Assembly (NCBI RefSeq): GCF_009914755.1 | Contig: NC_060947.1 | Direction: 5' to 3' (one strand) | Length of the DNA stretch: 64,000 bases | Source of the DNA: the human T2T-CHM13v2.0 reference genome, Homo sapiens | In this document: positions 26,911 through 40,272 of the stretch, piece by piece | How the letters are laid out: the number at the start of each line of letters is the position of its first letter | Position numbering within the stretch: the first letter of the stretch is position 1 | Notes under the pieces: generated by a model | The model's input: the letters and a program-made list of their open reading frames with translations, nothing else | Databases searched by the model: none | Told to the model about the DNA's origin: nothing | Program-made: the position numbers and the translations under genes

Positions 26911-28989
26911 TTCTGAGAAGTTCTATGTAACTATACTTTTTTTAGTCATATTGTAAGTGCATGGGAAATTATTTAATGAGCTTTATGAGCCTCGGAGGTT
27001 CACATCATGGGATTACTAGAACCATTGCATTGTTCCCTTTTAATTTTTTCTCCTCATACTTAAATAAAATTATAATCTTATTCTTAAAAATTAGATTGGT
27101 CTTACCTCTTTATGGTTTATCGAGTTGGCATATCACCTACTTATGGGATCTGAACGTTTTGGTGCTTGAGCCTCTGTTGAGTATTACATGCCTCTGCTAA
27201 TAAACTAAGTACTGCTAGAGGCAATTATTTTGAGGTAATTATTTTCTCAAAATTGAAAGTATTAATGATTGGTGGTATCATACTGTGGAAAATAAATGAA
27301 AAGTGAGAGCATAGTAATTAAGTTCTTAGTTCTTAATGCTGAGTTTCTTAATTATGGTTTGTCCATGTCATGATGTAAGTGGCTGAGGATGTCAGGGTAT
27401 TGCCCAGACATACAATGAAAAGATGAGTCAACAGAGAATGAGGGCTCAAAAAATCACCAAAGTGCATTCTCTATAAAAAGCAGGTGGAGAGAAAGGAATA
27501 TAACATTTTTCAGGAAGGGATTATGGGCAACTGGAAGGAAAAGACACATGAAAACAATCCAAAACACAAGAAAAGGCAGCATTTCATACCTCTATTGTTT
27601 GAGGGCAGGGGGCAGACAGAATTTCTGAGCTGATGGCAGTAATCCCTATTCTACTGAGTACTATAAAGCCACTTAGCTACAAAAGAGAGAGAATGAAGTA
27701 TAAGGAAGCTAAAAAAAATACGTAACATTGAAAAAGATGTATAAGTATCAAGTTGTGACAGGAATGTAAAATATAGAAGAAAATTGCTATATTAAGGCTC
27801 ACATAAGGAAAAAAAAGTGCCTCAAGAAAACAGCATGAAAAGATAGATTTATGCAGGAGGAATTAAGGAATATGAGAAAATGTAGTGGACATGCCTGAAA
27901 CACAGACATCAGTTTCCCTGGGTAGAGGAGGGAGTGATTGATGGGGGAAGTGGAAGAAGGAGAGAGAGGGAGAACGTAATAATAAAAAAAATGAGTAAAT
28001 GACAAAAAATTAGGGAAGCAAACTGCCCCAGTTGAAAACTGATTTCCAGAAGCATAAAGGATAAAGTTAAAGGGAGAATTTAAGAATTTAGAGTTTAAGG
28101 GGAATCTTGGATAATTAATTAAAATCAGGCAACTATGAGCAACATAATTGAAAGTAGGTACATGCACTGTGTGTTTAGTATAAGAATGCAAAAGGCAAGT
28201 TGATAAAAATGCAAAAGATTGTGGTGATTTATGCAAGTTCAGGGCAATAAATAAGAAAAAGACATTTTTATGAAAAAAGATAAGATATGGACCTTTTCTG
28301 AATGATCTTTATCAATCATTAGATAGGATCATTATTCTGAAACAAGCATTAAAAAGTTGTTAAAATATAAGAAATCTAGGAAGGTTGATGGATGATTATG
28401 AATAAAATGGAAAACCGGAAAAGAGAAAATTAGATTTGTGAATATTATGCACCACAAGAGATGAGATTGCCTCTTTTCTATGTGCAATCAAAAGGTCTAA
28501 GGATTTTTGTACTTGAACTTAAAAGAATTTATGCACATTATTTATGTTTTCAGATTAGCTACAGTATATCTTAAAACCATTATGGGAGTAAATATTGAGT
28601 AGATTAATTAAAGTTTTATATCAATTCAGATAAATACTTTAAAGGTTTAATTTATTGACAAATATCATTTGAAATTAGGTAAAATCATCTAGGTTATTAA
28701 AATTATTTAAAGCATATTTAGATTTTTGTGATATTCTTAGAGACATCTGTGATTTGACCATATGGCTGATCATTCTATTTTTAGTGCATACCACAGATCT
28801 GTTAATAAAGGCTAAATTGTCTTTAATTTTAGGTTCAGACCTATGATAAATATAAATTAACCTTACAATTTTTTCCTAATCCATAGAATAAATTTTAAAT
28901 TGTTAAAAATCACAACATTATTTTTCCTTAAAAGGAAAATACCTCTGTCTTTTTATCCAGAAGTACAAATTTTCTAAGATATATATGTT

Positions 28990-29490
28990 GCTAACAGTTG
29001 TGAGGTAATATTTCACTCTGCTTTTAATTGCATTTCCTTGATGATTCGTGAGGAACATTTTTTCATAACCCTTTTGGCCATTTGTATTTCTTCTTTTGAG
29101 AAATGTCTATGCAAATATTTTCTCCCACTCTGTGGGGTGTCTCTTCACTCTGTTAATGTGCAGAAACTTTTTAGTTTGATGCAATCTCATTTGTCTATTT
29201 TTGCTTTTGTTGCCTGTGCTTTTGGGGTCATATCTAAAAAATCATTGCTGAGACTTTTCCCATATGTTTTCTTCCAGTAGTTTTACAGTTTCAAGTCTTA
29301 CATGCAAGTCTTTAATCGCCTTTAAGTTGATTTTTGTATTTGATGTGAAAGATAAGGGTATAATTTCATTACACATTAATTCGCATTTCTCTGGTGATTA
29401 GAGATGATGAACATTTTTTTTCATATATCTGTTGGCCATTCATATGTCTTCTTTTGAGAACTATCTATACAGGTCATTTGCCCATTTCAT
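28990..29490 (-). mobile_element. L1MA ORF2 fragments, inverted relative to the adjacent 3' end
   Basis: TTTTAATTGCATTTCCTTGATGATT..TCTTTTGAGAAATGTCTAT..GTGCAGAAACTTTTTAGTTTGATGCAATCTCATTTGTC, reverse L1 ORF2. Confidence 0.85.
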
Positions 29491-29897
29491 TACTGCATGA
29501 TCTCACTTATATGTGGAACCTGAACAAGTCAAACTCATAGAAATAGAGAGTATAATGGTGGTTCCCAGAGGCCTGAGTGGGGAGGAAGGTGAACGGGGAA
29601 AGAACAGTTGTTGGTCGAAGAGTAAAAAGTTTCACCTAGGAGGAATGGGTTCTAAGAATCTTATTGCACAGCATGAGGACTATAGTTAATAATAATGTAA
29701 TGTATATTTCAAAATAGCTAAAAGAATGGATTTTAAATGTTCTCCCTACAAAAAAATGATAAGTATTTGAGGTTCTGGCTATACTAATTAGCCTGATATG
29801 ATCATTCCACAATGTATACAAGTATCAAAACATCACATTGTATCCCATAAATGCATACAATTATTATTTGTCAATTAAAAATAAAACTTAAAAAATA
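29491..29897 (+). mobile_element. L1MA 3' UTR with A-rich tail
   Basis: TACTGCATGATCTCACTTATATGTGGAA..AACTCATAGAAATAGAGAGT..TTATTTGTCAATTAAAAATAAAA. Confidence 0.88.
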
Positions 29898-30029
29898 ATT
29901 TGACAACATGCTTTGATTTACATTTTCCAGCATGAAAAATGGTCTTTACATCCAATTTTAAAATCACCCTTTTAATTTTCCTCAACTTCAAATATGTATA
30001 GGTAGTTTGCTTAGCACTGTTCACTTCTC

Positions 30030-30380
30030 TGTTTACTATATGCCTACTGTGGGCCAGACACTGTGGCAGGTGTTAGGAACCCAAAAAAGAATGTTGTAAT
30101 ATTTGTTAATTAATTGCTCCTAGCCTTGTAGAGGAGAGAGATGTGCAGACAAATAATTAAAACAAAATCGTATGAATGTAATGTTAGAAATAAGCATGAG
30201 GTATACAAGTAAGCTAGAGGAAGAAATGGTTGGCACTATCAGTGCAGGCTTCACAGAGAGCATGATATCTAGCAGGACTCTGTGTAATGACTATGAGATG
30301 GCCAAGCATAAAAAGAGGTCAGAGACATTGCAGGCAGAGGACATAGCATGTGCCAAAACAGAGATGTGTGGAAACAGTAC
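30030..30380 (-). mobile_element. LINE-2 3' portion
   Basis: TGCCTACTGTGGGCCAGACACTGTG..GCAGGCAGAGGACATAGCATGTGCCAAAACAGAG, reverse L2 motifs. Confidence 0.65.
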
Positions 30381-30403
30381 AGTCTGTATTTTGCTATTGC
30401 TAT

Positions 30404-30891
30404 TATAGGGGAGCAGAAATATCATCACCCATCCTGTGTTAATGGCTGTACTCCCTGTAAGAAAAGACAGATTAATAAGAGAAAAGCATACAAATTTATT
30501 TAATATAAGTTTAAAATAACATGGGAAACATCATAAAGAAACGAAGACCCAAATAAATAAGTAAACCTTTTTATTTTTAGTGCTAGGTTTGGTGCAAAAG
30601 TGGATAGTAGTGGAGAAGTATGATTGGATAAAAAAGTATGATCTAATGTAATAAAACTTGAGGGAACTTAACAAGGCCTATTTGTTCAGATTCCCCTCTG
30701 TGACTCTGTATTTTCAGAGGTAAGAATGTTCCTTTCTTTTGGGTATAGGGAGTGCAGTTCTCAAATGAAGATCTTATGACTTGCTTCAGAGGAGAAGGGT
30801 GAGGGGAAAGTGAGAATGACCTTCCTGCTTCTGCTGTTTTCTTAAATGTCAAGGTGCCATGTTTTGGAATAACACGTCCTGGTCTCCATCA
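30404..30891 (-). mobile_element. ERV1 (MER4-group, LOR1-like) solo LTR
   Basis: Reverse strand begins TGATGGAGACCAGGACGTGTTATTCCAAAACATGGCACCTTGACATTTAAGAAAACAGCAGAAGCAGGAAGG. 4-bp TSD-like CTAT/TTAT. Subfamily uncertain. Confidence 0.75.
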
Positions 30892-30947
30892 TTATTGTAC
30901 TACTACGGTCTTCTAGAAACTTCCTTTTTCCATTAAAAGTTATACAG

Positions 30948-31235
<288 letters not shown>

Positions 31236-32081
31236 AAAGTTATGCAAATTGACAGATTGTTGGTGTCATCATCATTATTGCTTAGTCTGTGTTAGGCTCT
31301 AGTACTTTAAATAGTTTACTCCCGTATATCTCAATATATGTCATTTTTAGCTTTAGGCAAATGTTCAGAGACATGAGTGCTATATTAGCTCAGGAAAATT
31401 TTAGAAGTCTGTCCCTTAACAAATATTTCAAAATCCCCCTTTTCTGTATTGGAGTATGGAAACTAACATGTACCAAAAGTTTACTTTTGTGATAATTTAT
31501 TGATTGCCTACTGTACGCTACATACGGATACTTTAACGTCAACAGATCTTGGCTCCAAGAGAACAGCAGTACATAAATTTAGATTCAGGCTTTATTTTCT
31601 CCCTTTTGCCCCCAATTATTTCATGTTTTAAGTATTTTCCACATATGATCATGACAATTATAGTACTAAATCTATAGTGTCTAATACACTTTTCAAGCAC
31701 TTGGGAGGATTCTATATTTTTATTTGTCAAATTCAGCTTTTCTCAATACTATTTAAATGTTATTCAGAAGATATTAATAGTTGGGAGCAGATTTTGTTAC
31801 ATTTGCCTCTTGGCTGTTAATACAAACAGTAGTTTTTATTTTTGTGCTTTTTTCTTGATGATTAATTATTTTGATAATTCCCAATACAATATGGTACAGC
31901 AGGCTTTCTTTCAGTACAAAGAAACACAGTGTTTATCCTACTGTAAACACTGTTAATGCAGTTTTCTCTGAAGAATGCTTTGTGTCTTCTGAATTGGGGG
32001 ACACCAGCAAGGCTTTTAGCCATAGGAACATAAGAAATTCTTGTGGTCACAGAGCAAAGGTAATCTTTCATCTTTTCTGTG

Positions 32082-32416
32082 TTATTTTTATTTTTATTTA
32101 TTTTTGTTGTTGTTGTTTGTTTGTTTTTTAATTTTTTGATGGAGTCTTGCTCTGTCGCCCAGGCTGGAGTGAAGTGGCGTGATCTCGGCTCACTGCAACC
32201 TCTGCCTCCCAGGTTCAAGCAATTCTCCTGGCTCAGACTCCTGAGTAGCTGGGATTACAGGCACGCATCACCACGACTGGCTAATTTTGTATTTTTAGTA
32301 GAGATGGGGTTTCACCATGTTGGCCAGGCTGGTAACGAACTCCTGACCTCAAGTGATCCGCCTGCCTTGGCCTCCGAAAGTGCTGGAATTACAGGTGTGA
32401 GCCACCGTGCCCGGCC
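32082..32416 (-). mobile_element. AluS (Sx/Sz-like), full length with patterned tail
   Basis: Reverse Alu dimer ending GTGCCCGGCC. Confidence 0.95.
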
Positions 32417-32829
32417 TTTTCTCTGGTTTTGAAGATTTGTGTAGCATCACCATTCAGTCATTTCTAACTGAACAACAGGTGAGGAGTAGGAAACATAGTT
32501 TCATCCGTATACAGAATTTTGCCTGACTTCCTATGAAACAGAAATAGCATGAGCTTGACGTTTCTGTCTATTTTGACAGATCTGGAGAATGAACACAAAG
32601 TGGATAGCATAAATCTCTAATTTGACTACATTTAATGTCTAAGTCATTACTTTATTGCAAAGTACCATATGAATGAAAATTAATGTTTACTAAACAGATG
32701 AAAGGAAAATTCCCAAGTCCAATTTGCAGATCATATAGATGGTAAAAGAGGCCCCAGTTTAATGTATTAAGAGGATTCAGAAATCATTCTGAATATTAGT
32801 TGTTTAGTTGATTTTAACACATCATTCCA

Positions 32830-33300
32830 TGCTTAAGACTGTTCAATGCCTTTCTATCTAAACTCCTTATCATTGCATACAACATGTTAATAATATGGTC
32901 CTAGGGTTTTCTCCCTAATCTCAGTCTTTAGAAATCATTTTGTCACAGTGGTTCACACTCACCTTAAAGTCATTTGTACTTGGTGTTCTCTCTGGAACAC
33001 TAGTTTTCCATTTCTTCAAATGACTAGATCATCCTCATTCTTCAAGTCTCATGTCATATGTGACTGCTTGGAAGAGTTCCATCCTGATCATGCCATCCAA
33101 ACTACTCACTCCCATTTCTTGTGTTGATCTGTTTTATCTTTCACAGCATTATTACTGTATACAATTTTCTTCTTTATTTGTTCTCTTCTTTATTATCTCC
33201 CTCTTTCTGCCCCATATTGTAAACTCCCTTGTAGACAGTTCCTCATCTGTCTTGTTCAGTTTGCTTTCTATTGAAGTAAGAATAATAAGTAATCAAAATA
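32830..33300 (+). mobile_element. LINE-2 fragment
   Basis: TCCTCATTCTTCAAGTCTCA..ATTGTAAACTCCCTTGTAGACAG..TCTGTCTTGTTCA L2 motifs. Confidence 0.6.
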
Positions 33301-33479
33301 GCTACCATCCAGCTGCTCTATTGAATCTTAAATCTAGTCAGGGCTGTCGAATTGAACAGTGAGGTAGAGGCTCTTGGAAAGATTTCAAAGACACAGTAAG
33401 ATGATGAAAAGATTAGAAAATAAAACCTATGAAGAGGAGAAAATGGTGACATGGGTTGCAGTATTAACTACCCCAGAAT

Positions 33480-33700
33480 AATAATCCATTATATTTGCTC
33501 ACTTCTTGCAGTTTACAGAACACTTTTGCATGTATGAACTCCGTTAGTATTTTACATGATATCTACATTTATGATTATCCCTGTTTTACAGGCATAGAAA
33601 CGGAGGCTAGGGGAATTTAACTGACTTGTTCAAAGACAGATAGTTATAAGTTATTATTTATGTTTTCTCAGTTCTAAGGCCAATATTTTTTCCATGACAC
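33480..33700 (-). mobile_element. MIR
   Basis: TTATCCCTGTTTTACAGGCATAGAAACGGAGGCTAGGGGAATTTAACTGACTTGTTCAAAGAC, reverse core. Confidence 0.75.
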
Positions 33701-34045
33701 TACTTTTGGTTTAGTCTTCAAAGCAAATAATTTAATTTGGATGTGATGAACAAAGATGTTTAATATTAGGGATTATAAATTCTGATAAGTTATCCCAGTT
33801 GTTCCCAGATAAATTTGGAATTCCTTTTGAATAGATATTCATCTGTCTGGTATGGTTTGGAAGAGGGTAGAGGGTATGGCTAGAGGGTAAGAGACTACTT
33901 AGATATTGTCTCTTCAAGCTTTAAAATCCTATAATCTTTTGGCTAAGTTTTTGACTTTCAAAATTAATCATTTCAAATTTACTTAACATTTAAAATTTGA
34001 TCAAATGATACCACCCTTTGAGCCTTCTATCACAACTGGACTTGG

Positions 34046-34125
34046 CTCTAGGATGTGCTCATTGCATGGGCTGTGTATAGTATTATTCAATACCCAGAGC
34101 ATGCAGTGTGAACATAATAGAGATT
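34046..34125 (+). ncRNA. MIR1912: pre-miRNA mir-1912
   Basis: Contains TACCCAGAGCATGCAGTGTGAA (34091-34112, miR-1912-3p), which pairs with the 5' arm CTCATTGCATGGGCTGTGTATA (34058-34079). Confidence 0.95.
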
Positions 34126-35134
34126 GAAAGACAGCCAGAAGGGTAAAACATGAATTCTTAAAGAGTAATTTTGTACTTCATGTAGATTTTTTTAACTCTC
34201 CATTTTCAGCTGTTTACTAACTATGCTTCCAAATTCTATTCCACAACTGAAATTTTAAACTCACAACTTAAATTTGCATGTTGCTTCTATTATAATACAT
34301 TTTTTATTCCTCTTTTATTTACATTAAAAATTTACTGAAATTTCACATGAATAGTCAAAGTTAGCTTTCAGTAGCAGTTAGAAGCATTCTTTTAATAGAA
34401 CTATAAAAATACATTTGGAAGAACATTATTATGATCTTTCATCATGTTGAAATTTCTTTTGATGACACATCAGATGCTATTTACAGATGATAATTGAAAT
34501 CTCCATAGTATAATTTTACCTCATGATGATATCAGTGAACATATCATCTTGTGATCAGCTAACTGGATGTTTCTTTAACCCATTTATTTAAAATTTCACA
34601 TAATTTCCAGGTGTTTTCTTTTATAATGAGAATCTGTTACTTCAACAATTCTAAGTAGATCATATGTCTTTGATTTGAAATAGGAAAAAAAATTTCCTAG
34701 ACTGTTAGAATGATTTTGTTTGGTTGGAAAGCTGCGTGATCTCTGCATATAATTCCAAGTATAAAATGTACTTGATGCAGTCCTGACTATATTCCTTATA
34801 ATTAGAAAATTTATTTTTATTTTTTGCGTCTCCTTGCTTGTATCAGGAACCAAAACTAAACTTAGTCACCTAATAGCCAAATATTTAGAAGTACTTGTTA
34901 AGAGGCCTAGTCCAAAACATGAATAAGAAATGTTATAAGTGGAAGAAAAATAACAGAAGTTCACTTAAGTGAGAATATAAATGGAATAGAGGTGGGAAAT
35001 GGATTTATATAGAAAGAAACATTTTAATACATGCTGATTAGAAATATTGCGGCATTTTCTGAAATATTATCAAACTGAAAATTATGGTCTAATAGTTTTA
35101 AAGAAAATATCATAACATATTCAACACATTGTGT

Positions 35135-35420
35135 TTCTCCATGCCTGGCATATAGCAGGTCCTCAATAAGTATTTGTTGAAAGAATAAATAAACCAACAA
35201 GTCTTATTTGAGCACCTGTTATGTGGAGGATACAATCCTACGACCCAGACAGACCTTATGATCTAGTATGGGAGAGAAGAAATATAAGGAGAATGCACAA
35301 GTGATCGCCATATCTGAAAGTCTGTGATAAGAATTAAAGAATTGGAAAAGGTTAGAGGAAGGCCAGATTATTTCTCATCTGGGAAACTTTTGGGGAGAAA
35401 AGAGGACTTGAGCTTGGGAT
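35135..35420. mobile_element. Tail-to-tail pair of LINE-2 3' ends (+ ~35135-35190, - ~35195-35420) forming the mir-1264 hairpin
   Basis: TGCCTGGCATATAGCAGGTCCTCAATAAGTATTTGTTGAAAGAATAAAT is the L2 tail. It is followed by the reverse-orientation tail CAACAAGTCTTATTTGAGCACCTGTTATGTG and further reverse L2 body. Confidence 0.8.
35157..35225 (+). ncRNA. MIR1264: pre-miRNA mir-1264
   Basis: Contains CAAGTCTTATTTGAGCACCTGTT (35198-35220, miR-1264), which pairs with AGGTCCTCAATAAGTATTTGTTG. A CNNC motif (CTAC, 35238-35241) lies 18 nt downstream of the 3p end. Confidence 0.95.
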
Positions 35421-36757
35421 TTAGTAAGAATCAAGTGCACAAAAGTATTTATTGTAGAAATTTGAGCGAATATATAAATATTATTAAATCATTATTATAA
35501 GACAGTCAATAAACTAAAACAAGAATTATATCATCAATAAATCTTGTTATAATCATCCATTCTTAACTTCATTTGCACATTACATTGATATAATATGAAA
35601 TAGTCTAGGTTCCTGCAAGCCTCTTTGTCACTTAGCTTTTTTTTTCTTTACTACGTTATATAATTTATAGGCAGCGTATCCAAAATGTTTCAGTAATTAC
35701 TCTGCCCATCATTTTATTCTTTGGGTTAAATTTCTAGCCTAAGTTATTAAAAATTAATTTAAATAATGAAAATAACTTCAGTTATGTCTAATTTAAAAAT
35801 TCCTATTAAATATGTCAAATAATAGTTTATTTATTTTTAACCTTTTTCTTCCTGAGAAGATCAAAGATCTTAGCATATTTCTTTCTATTTCCTCCTAGGA
35901 CATCTTTGTGAGGAGTAGTTGGTATCAGGAAAAGTTAATTTCATCAGGTTAGGGAGAGTGTTAGGAGAAAAGCAAACTGATTGTCCCACCCAAAATATTT
36001 ATGCCTGTCTTGTAAGTGATATGCAGATCACTTTGACTCTAAGCTAGTTTTCTCATCCCCTTTTCATGCAACTTGCTTCTTACTGACTTTGCCATTTATC
36101 AGACAGAACCTTATTATGTGCATTCTCCTCCTATTTTCCCTCCTCTCCCTCCTGTTTCTCCTTGTTCATCTTTCTTCTTTATTAAGTGTACAAGGATTAT
36201 GCAGGCTTTGTTCACCATTCTATATCTAGCTACAAACACTTTCTATAGGGTTGAATTGGAATCCATATAAATGTTTGCTGAATAAAGTAATAGCCACCCG
36301 CTTTGGAAAAGTCAGCCCATTTAAATATACTAATCTAAGAAAATCAGTATAGGAAGATTAATCTGACTTCTGAATGTACATAGTGCATACTAAAATAAAA
36401 TGTGGTCAGCTTTTATTTTATTCACTCTTTTGCAATATTTCTGCTACTACGCTGCAGAACCTTGTCTGTCTCATACTCCTTCAGCACTTATTAGGTGTGT
36501 AATCTTGAGCCAGTGAATTAACCTTCCTGAGCCTTTAGATATAATACGAGACTAATAATATCTTGTCTATCTGAAGACAGTAAAATGGATTAGAAAGTCT
36601 ATTGATCCAACTTATGATAAATGAAGATGTGAATAAAATTTTTAAAAATTGATTTATGAAAATTATACTGTTTTCTGCTCTTTGCTTATTAGTTACTGTA
36701 ACTAATTCCTCATGAGATTCCAAAACCCCTTAACTTAAAAAACAATAAAATAATAGA

Positions 36758-36826
36758 TGTATGTGTGTATATGTGTATATATGTATATATACTCATATAT
36801 ATATAACATATATATCATATATATAA
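36758..36826. repeat. (TG)/(TA) microsatellite, imperfect
   Basis: Directly visible. Confidence 0.8.
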
Positions 36827-37084
36827 TTTTTTCGCTAAAAACTCATGGTACCTACCTAGTAATGGTGATTATTATCATCAGTTAGAAGTGTGTAATTCAT
36901 GAAATTTCTAAAAACAAATTCAAATCAAAAGCTTTGGTATGCATATTTAATGATATATTTTGAAGAGTTAAAGCTTACGTAACCATCACCAGTGTCCTTT
37001 CAATTGCCATAATTGTAGAATAATTTTTTATTGGTTGGCTGTTTTTCTTTTTTTTTTACTGGCACTGAAACTTTACCCCACATT

Positions 37085-37355
37085 GTTCTTTTATTCATTA
37101 ACTAAAGTTGTACCCTAATACTTGGTTCTGTACTAGGAGCTGCAGATACAGCAATGAATAAGACACAATCCCTCCCTTCAAAGAGATAACATTTTATTGG
37201 GAGAAGTAGGCAATAGAGCAGACAATTAATATACTGTGTTGAAGTGCTATAGCAAGAATGAGCTCAGGATACATTGTGAACACATGAAAGTTCTCCGAAC
37301 CCAGCTAGAAGGTAGAGGAGTCAGTCAGGGAAAGCTTCCTAGAGGAGGTGATGTC
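37085..37355 (-). mobile_element. LINE-2 3' end
   Basis: CTAGGAGCTGCAGATACAGCAATGAATAAGACACAATCCCTCCCTTCAAAGAG..TCAGGGAAAGCTTCCTAGAGGAGGTGATGT. Confidence 0.8.
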
Positions 37356-40203
37356 AGTATTGTATTTCTCCTGCCTATACATGTCCTTCCCAAGGAGGTT
37401 GAAATGCAAATTATTTAAACATTTAGTATCTAAGTGAGATATACAGTAAAAATTTATCATTTGGTTATACTGGCTACTTAATGTTTAGTACTAAATGAAA
37501 CTACAAAACACATTACCAGGACTAGAGGTGGGGTAGAAAAGAAAAAAAAAAAAAGCCATACCAAGAATGAAGAGGCAGTTTTCACAAACCTGCCAAGTAA
37601 AGAATAAGGTATGATTAGGAATCAGATGCTTACTAGTAGACTTCCTGGAGACTAAGAATCAGAAGGCTGAATGGAATTTAGGTGACAATGCTGAAGATTT
37701 TTCTAAGAGGGTGATGTATTTAGGTTAAGTAACAAACATGACAGTTAATTTGAGTTGTGTGCTTTAGGTTGTTCATAGAACTGAGAAACTGGGATCAGAC
37801 CAAGTTACCATGGCACTATTTCTGTTTTAAATGGTCTGGTAAACCACCTGTCTAATCTATTAGTCAAAATGTGCTGATATGTTGTAGTGATTACCTTATT
37901 ATCTATTCCTAATAATACTCCTACAATGTGTTTTCAGCCCATATTGGAGTATGGCTAATGCACTATGTTAATATTCTTTTGCTAGATATGTTCATTTTAA
38001 AGTTGTCAATTACTTTTTGTTGTTCCTCAAGTTCTTGTGTATTTTTGGCACATGCCATTTAAGTGTATTTTTTTACTATATTTTATGAAAATAATTTTAC
38101 AGCTACCTCATGTATCAGCCCAAAATGTTAGTAAATGACTTGTCTTCCTACAACTCTGGATGAGATATATCTATATCTGCCTTTTAGGGGCTGGTGGGGC
38201 TACACACTGTAGAATTCTTTTCTACCTCTTAAATTCCATTGGCTTGATTGGATTCCTTCGGAACATATTATACCTTCTTGAGTTTTGTGTAAAACTCTAC
38301 CCTTCTGATTTTACCTGTTAATTAAGTTTACAAGAATGACTTGCTGAATCATGGCACATTTATTTTGATTATTCCCATCCTGGCTTTCTTCATATTTCCA
38401 TTATCATTTCAAATATGCATTTAATTTTTGCTTGCATGGTAATTTCAGCCAACTTACCTTCATTTAGGTCAGTTTGTACAAGAAAATTAATTATCTTATT
38501 GTTTCATCCACTGGATTGATTTCTGCTACTGTATATACAAGCCAATAGTTTGTTCTTTTCTTTTGGTGCCTTCTGTAAAACTGGGGACCATTGTCAATTA
38601 ATTGATGGCTCACAGATTTCTTTCTGACCTCTATTACCTTTTCTGAACTTCTTGTATCACAGAATCACCTATCATTTTATTGTGTTCACTTTGTTGGCTT
38701 AGATGATTTATTGTCTCACTACTAATTATATAACTAGGGAAATTAGAGATGGAAAGATTAATGTAATCTTCCAACTTCTTTTTGTGCTGTCTGCACTTAT
38801 ATTTTTCTTAGAGTATTGCTTCAACATGAAGAAAAAGAATGCTCATTTAATCACCCATCCATCCAATTTTTAATTTATTTTTTAACTCTCAGTACAATAC
38901 TTCACACAAAGTTGGTTACAAATGAATGAATATATCAATTTGTTTCTTAATGCAATAAAAGTCCTGCTTTCAAGGAGTCAGGTTCTGCTTTTGCTTTACC
39001 TATAACTCTCTATAGTCTAAAAAGGAAGGAGAAATGGAGTGAGAAACAGAAATAGAGAGTTTTTAATCCAGAGAGACAGAGAGTCTTTTTAAATGCAGTA
39101 TTGCTTAGAAAGAGCTTACTAAGGTAAACTCAAGTCTCAGGTAATTTTTTTTTCTGGAATAGGTTTTATTTTGTGCAAAAATTGTCAAATATAAAAGTAG
39201 TTTATGTCTGAATTTGCCATCGATTATCATAGACTTTACACAGAAACCTTCTCATGGAAGATGAATGAATTTTTCTGAAATCACTTTTAAATGTAGCCAA
39301 TTTGTATCAGATCCTATAACATGAATGTTAACACTGAAGATTTCATTTCACTTCAATCTTAGCCAAAAGACATATTGACCTAGAAAAGGACATATGTGAA
39401 AAAAAAACTAAAAATATTAAATATGCTTGCATCATGTCTAACTTGGCAAAGCAAATGTATAATTTATCTTAGAAATAAATATTATATAACAGAGTAATAA
39501 ATAATGTTTACAGTGGGAAGCAGTCTTATCTTCAAAAACAACTTTTCTAGTTGTGATTATAAAACAATCTTGCAAATAAAGAAGTGCAGCTCAATGAAAT
39601 GTAAAAGCATGCCACTTCAACATAATTTAGCTAGTTGCTTTATCTTGACACATTTCTTGATTTTCATGATATTAGTGTAAAATATAAATATTTTCATACA
39701 TTTTCCATAACCCGATTGCTCTTTCTTTCCAAAATAATGATGAAATGGAACAAGAAAAAATTGTCTCCCAGCAAATATTTAGACATGTGACATTTTATGT
39801 TTTTAAAGGTCATTGATATTTTAGGGTATTTATCTTAACTACTTAATATTTTTAATTGCTTGAATTGCCTTCAGAAGGTGACTACTTTTCTATTTGGTTG
39901 CATACATGGAACCCACAATAATAATATGTATGAAAATTTTCCTCTTTATAAATAATTCATGCAAATTCAACAATACACCCTGAAAAGTAAATATTTATCA
40001 CCTGCGTGTAATATGGAAAACATTTAGTGTTATTAAGAAGTAACCGATTGCAATGAATAGAAGAAATCTGTTTTAATGTGGTAAGTCTACCTCCCTTAAG
40101 ATACAGTTTGTCTAGGGCAGCTGTGAATTTGTTCCTATACTTCATGGCCCACCTAATCAAATTCTTCAAGAGAGGTAATTATCTTTTTATTCTCATTTTT
40201 TTA

Positions 40204-40272
40204 TATATATTTTTTATTATGCTTTAAGTTTTAGGGTACTTGTGCACAACGTGCAGGTTAGTTACATATGTA
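40204..40272 (-). mobile_element. Minimal young L1PA insertion (~70 bp including tail)
   Basis: TTTAAGTTTTAGGGTACTTGTGCACAACGTGCAGGTTAGTTACATATGTA. 17-bp TSD TTATTCTCATTTTTTTA at 40187-40203 and 40273-40289. Confidence 0.9.

Noticed and set aside
27799-28236. 145-aa minus-strand ORF, the longest in the track
   Set aside because: F/L/S-biased product of the pyrimidine-rich strand, which is stop-poor by composition; non-ATG start and no recognisable family.
37804-37816. RFX X-box-like GTTACCATGGCAC (also a CRE-like TGACGT near 20270 and a TTGCCTA/TAGGCAA inverted repeat near 20562-20580)
   Set aside because: Imperfect single motifs without chromatin or conservation evidence; they cannot support a regulatory call.
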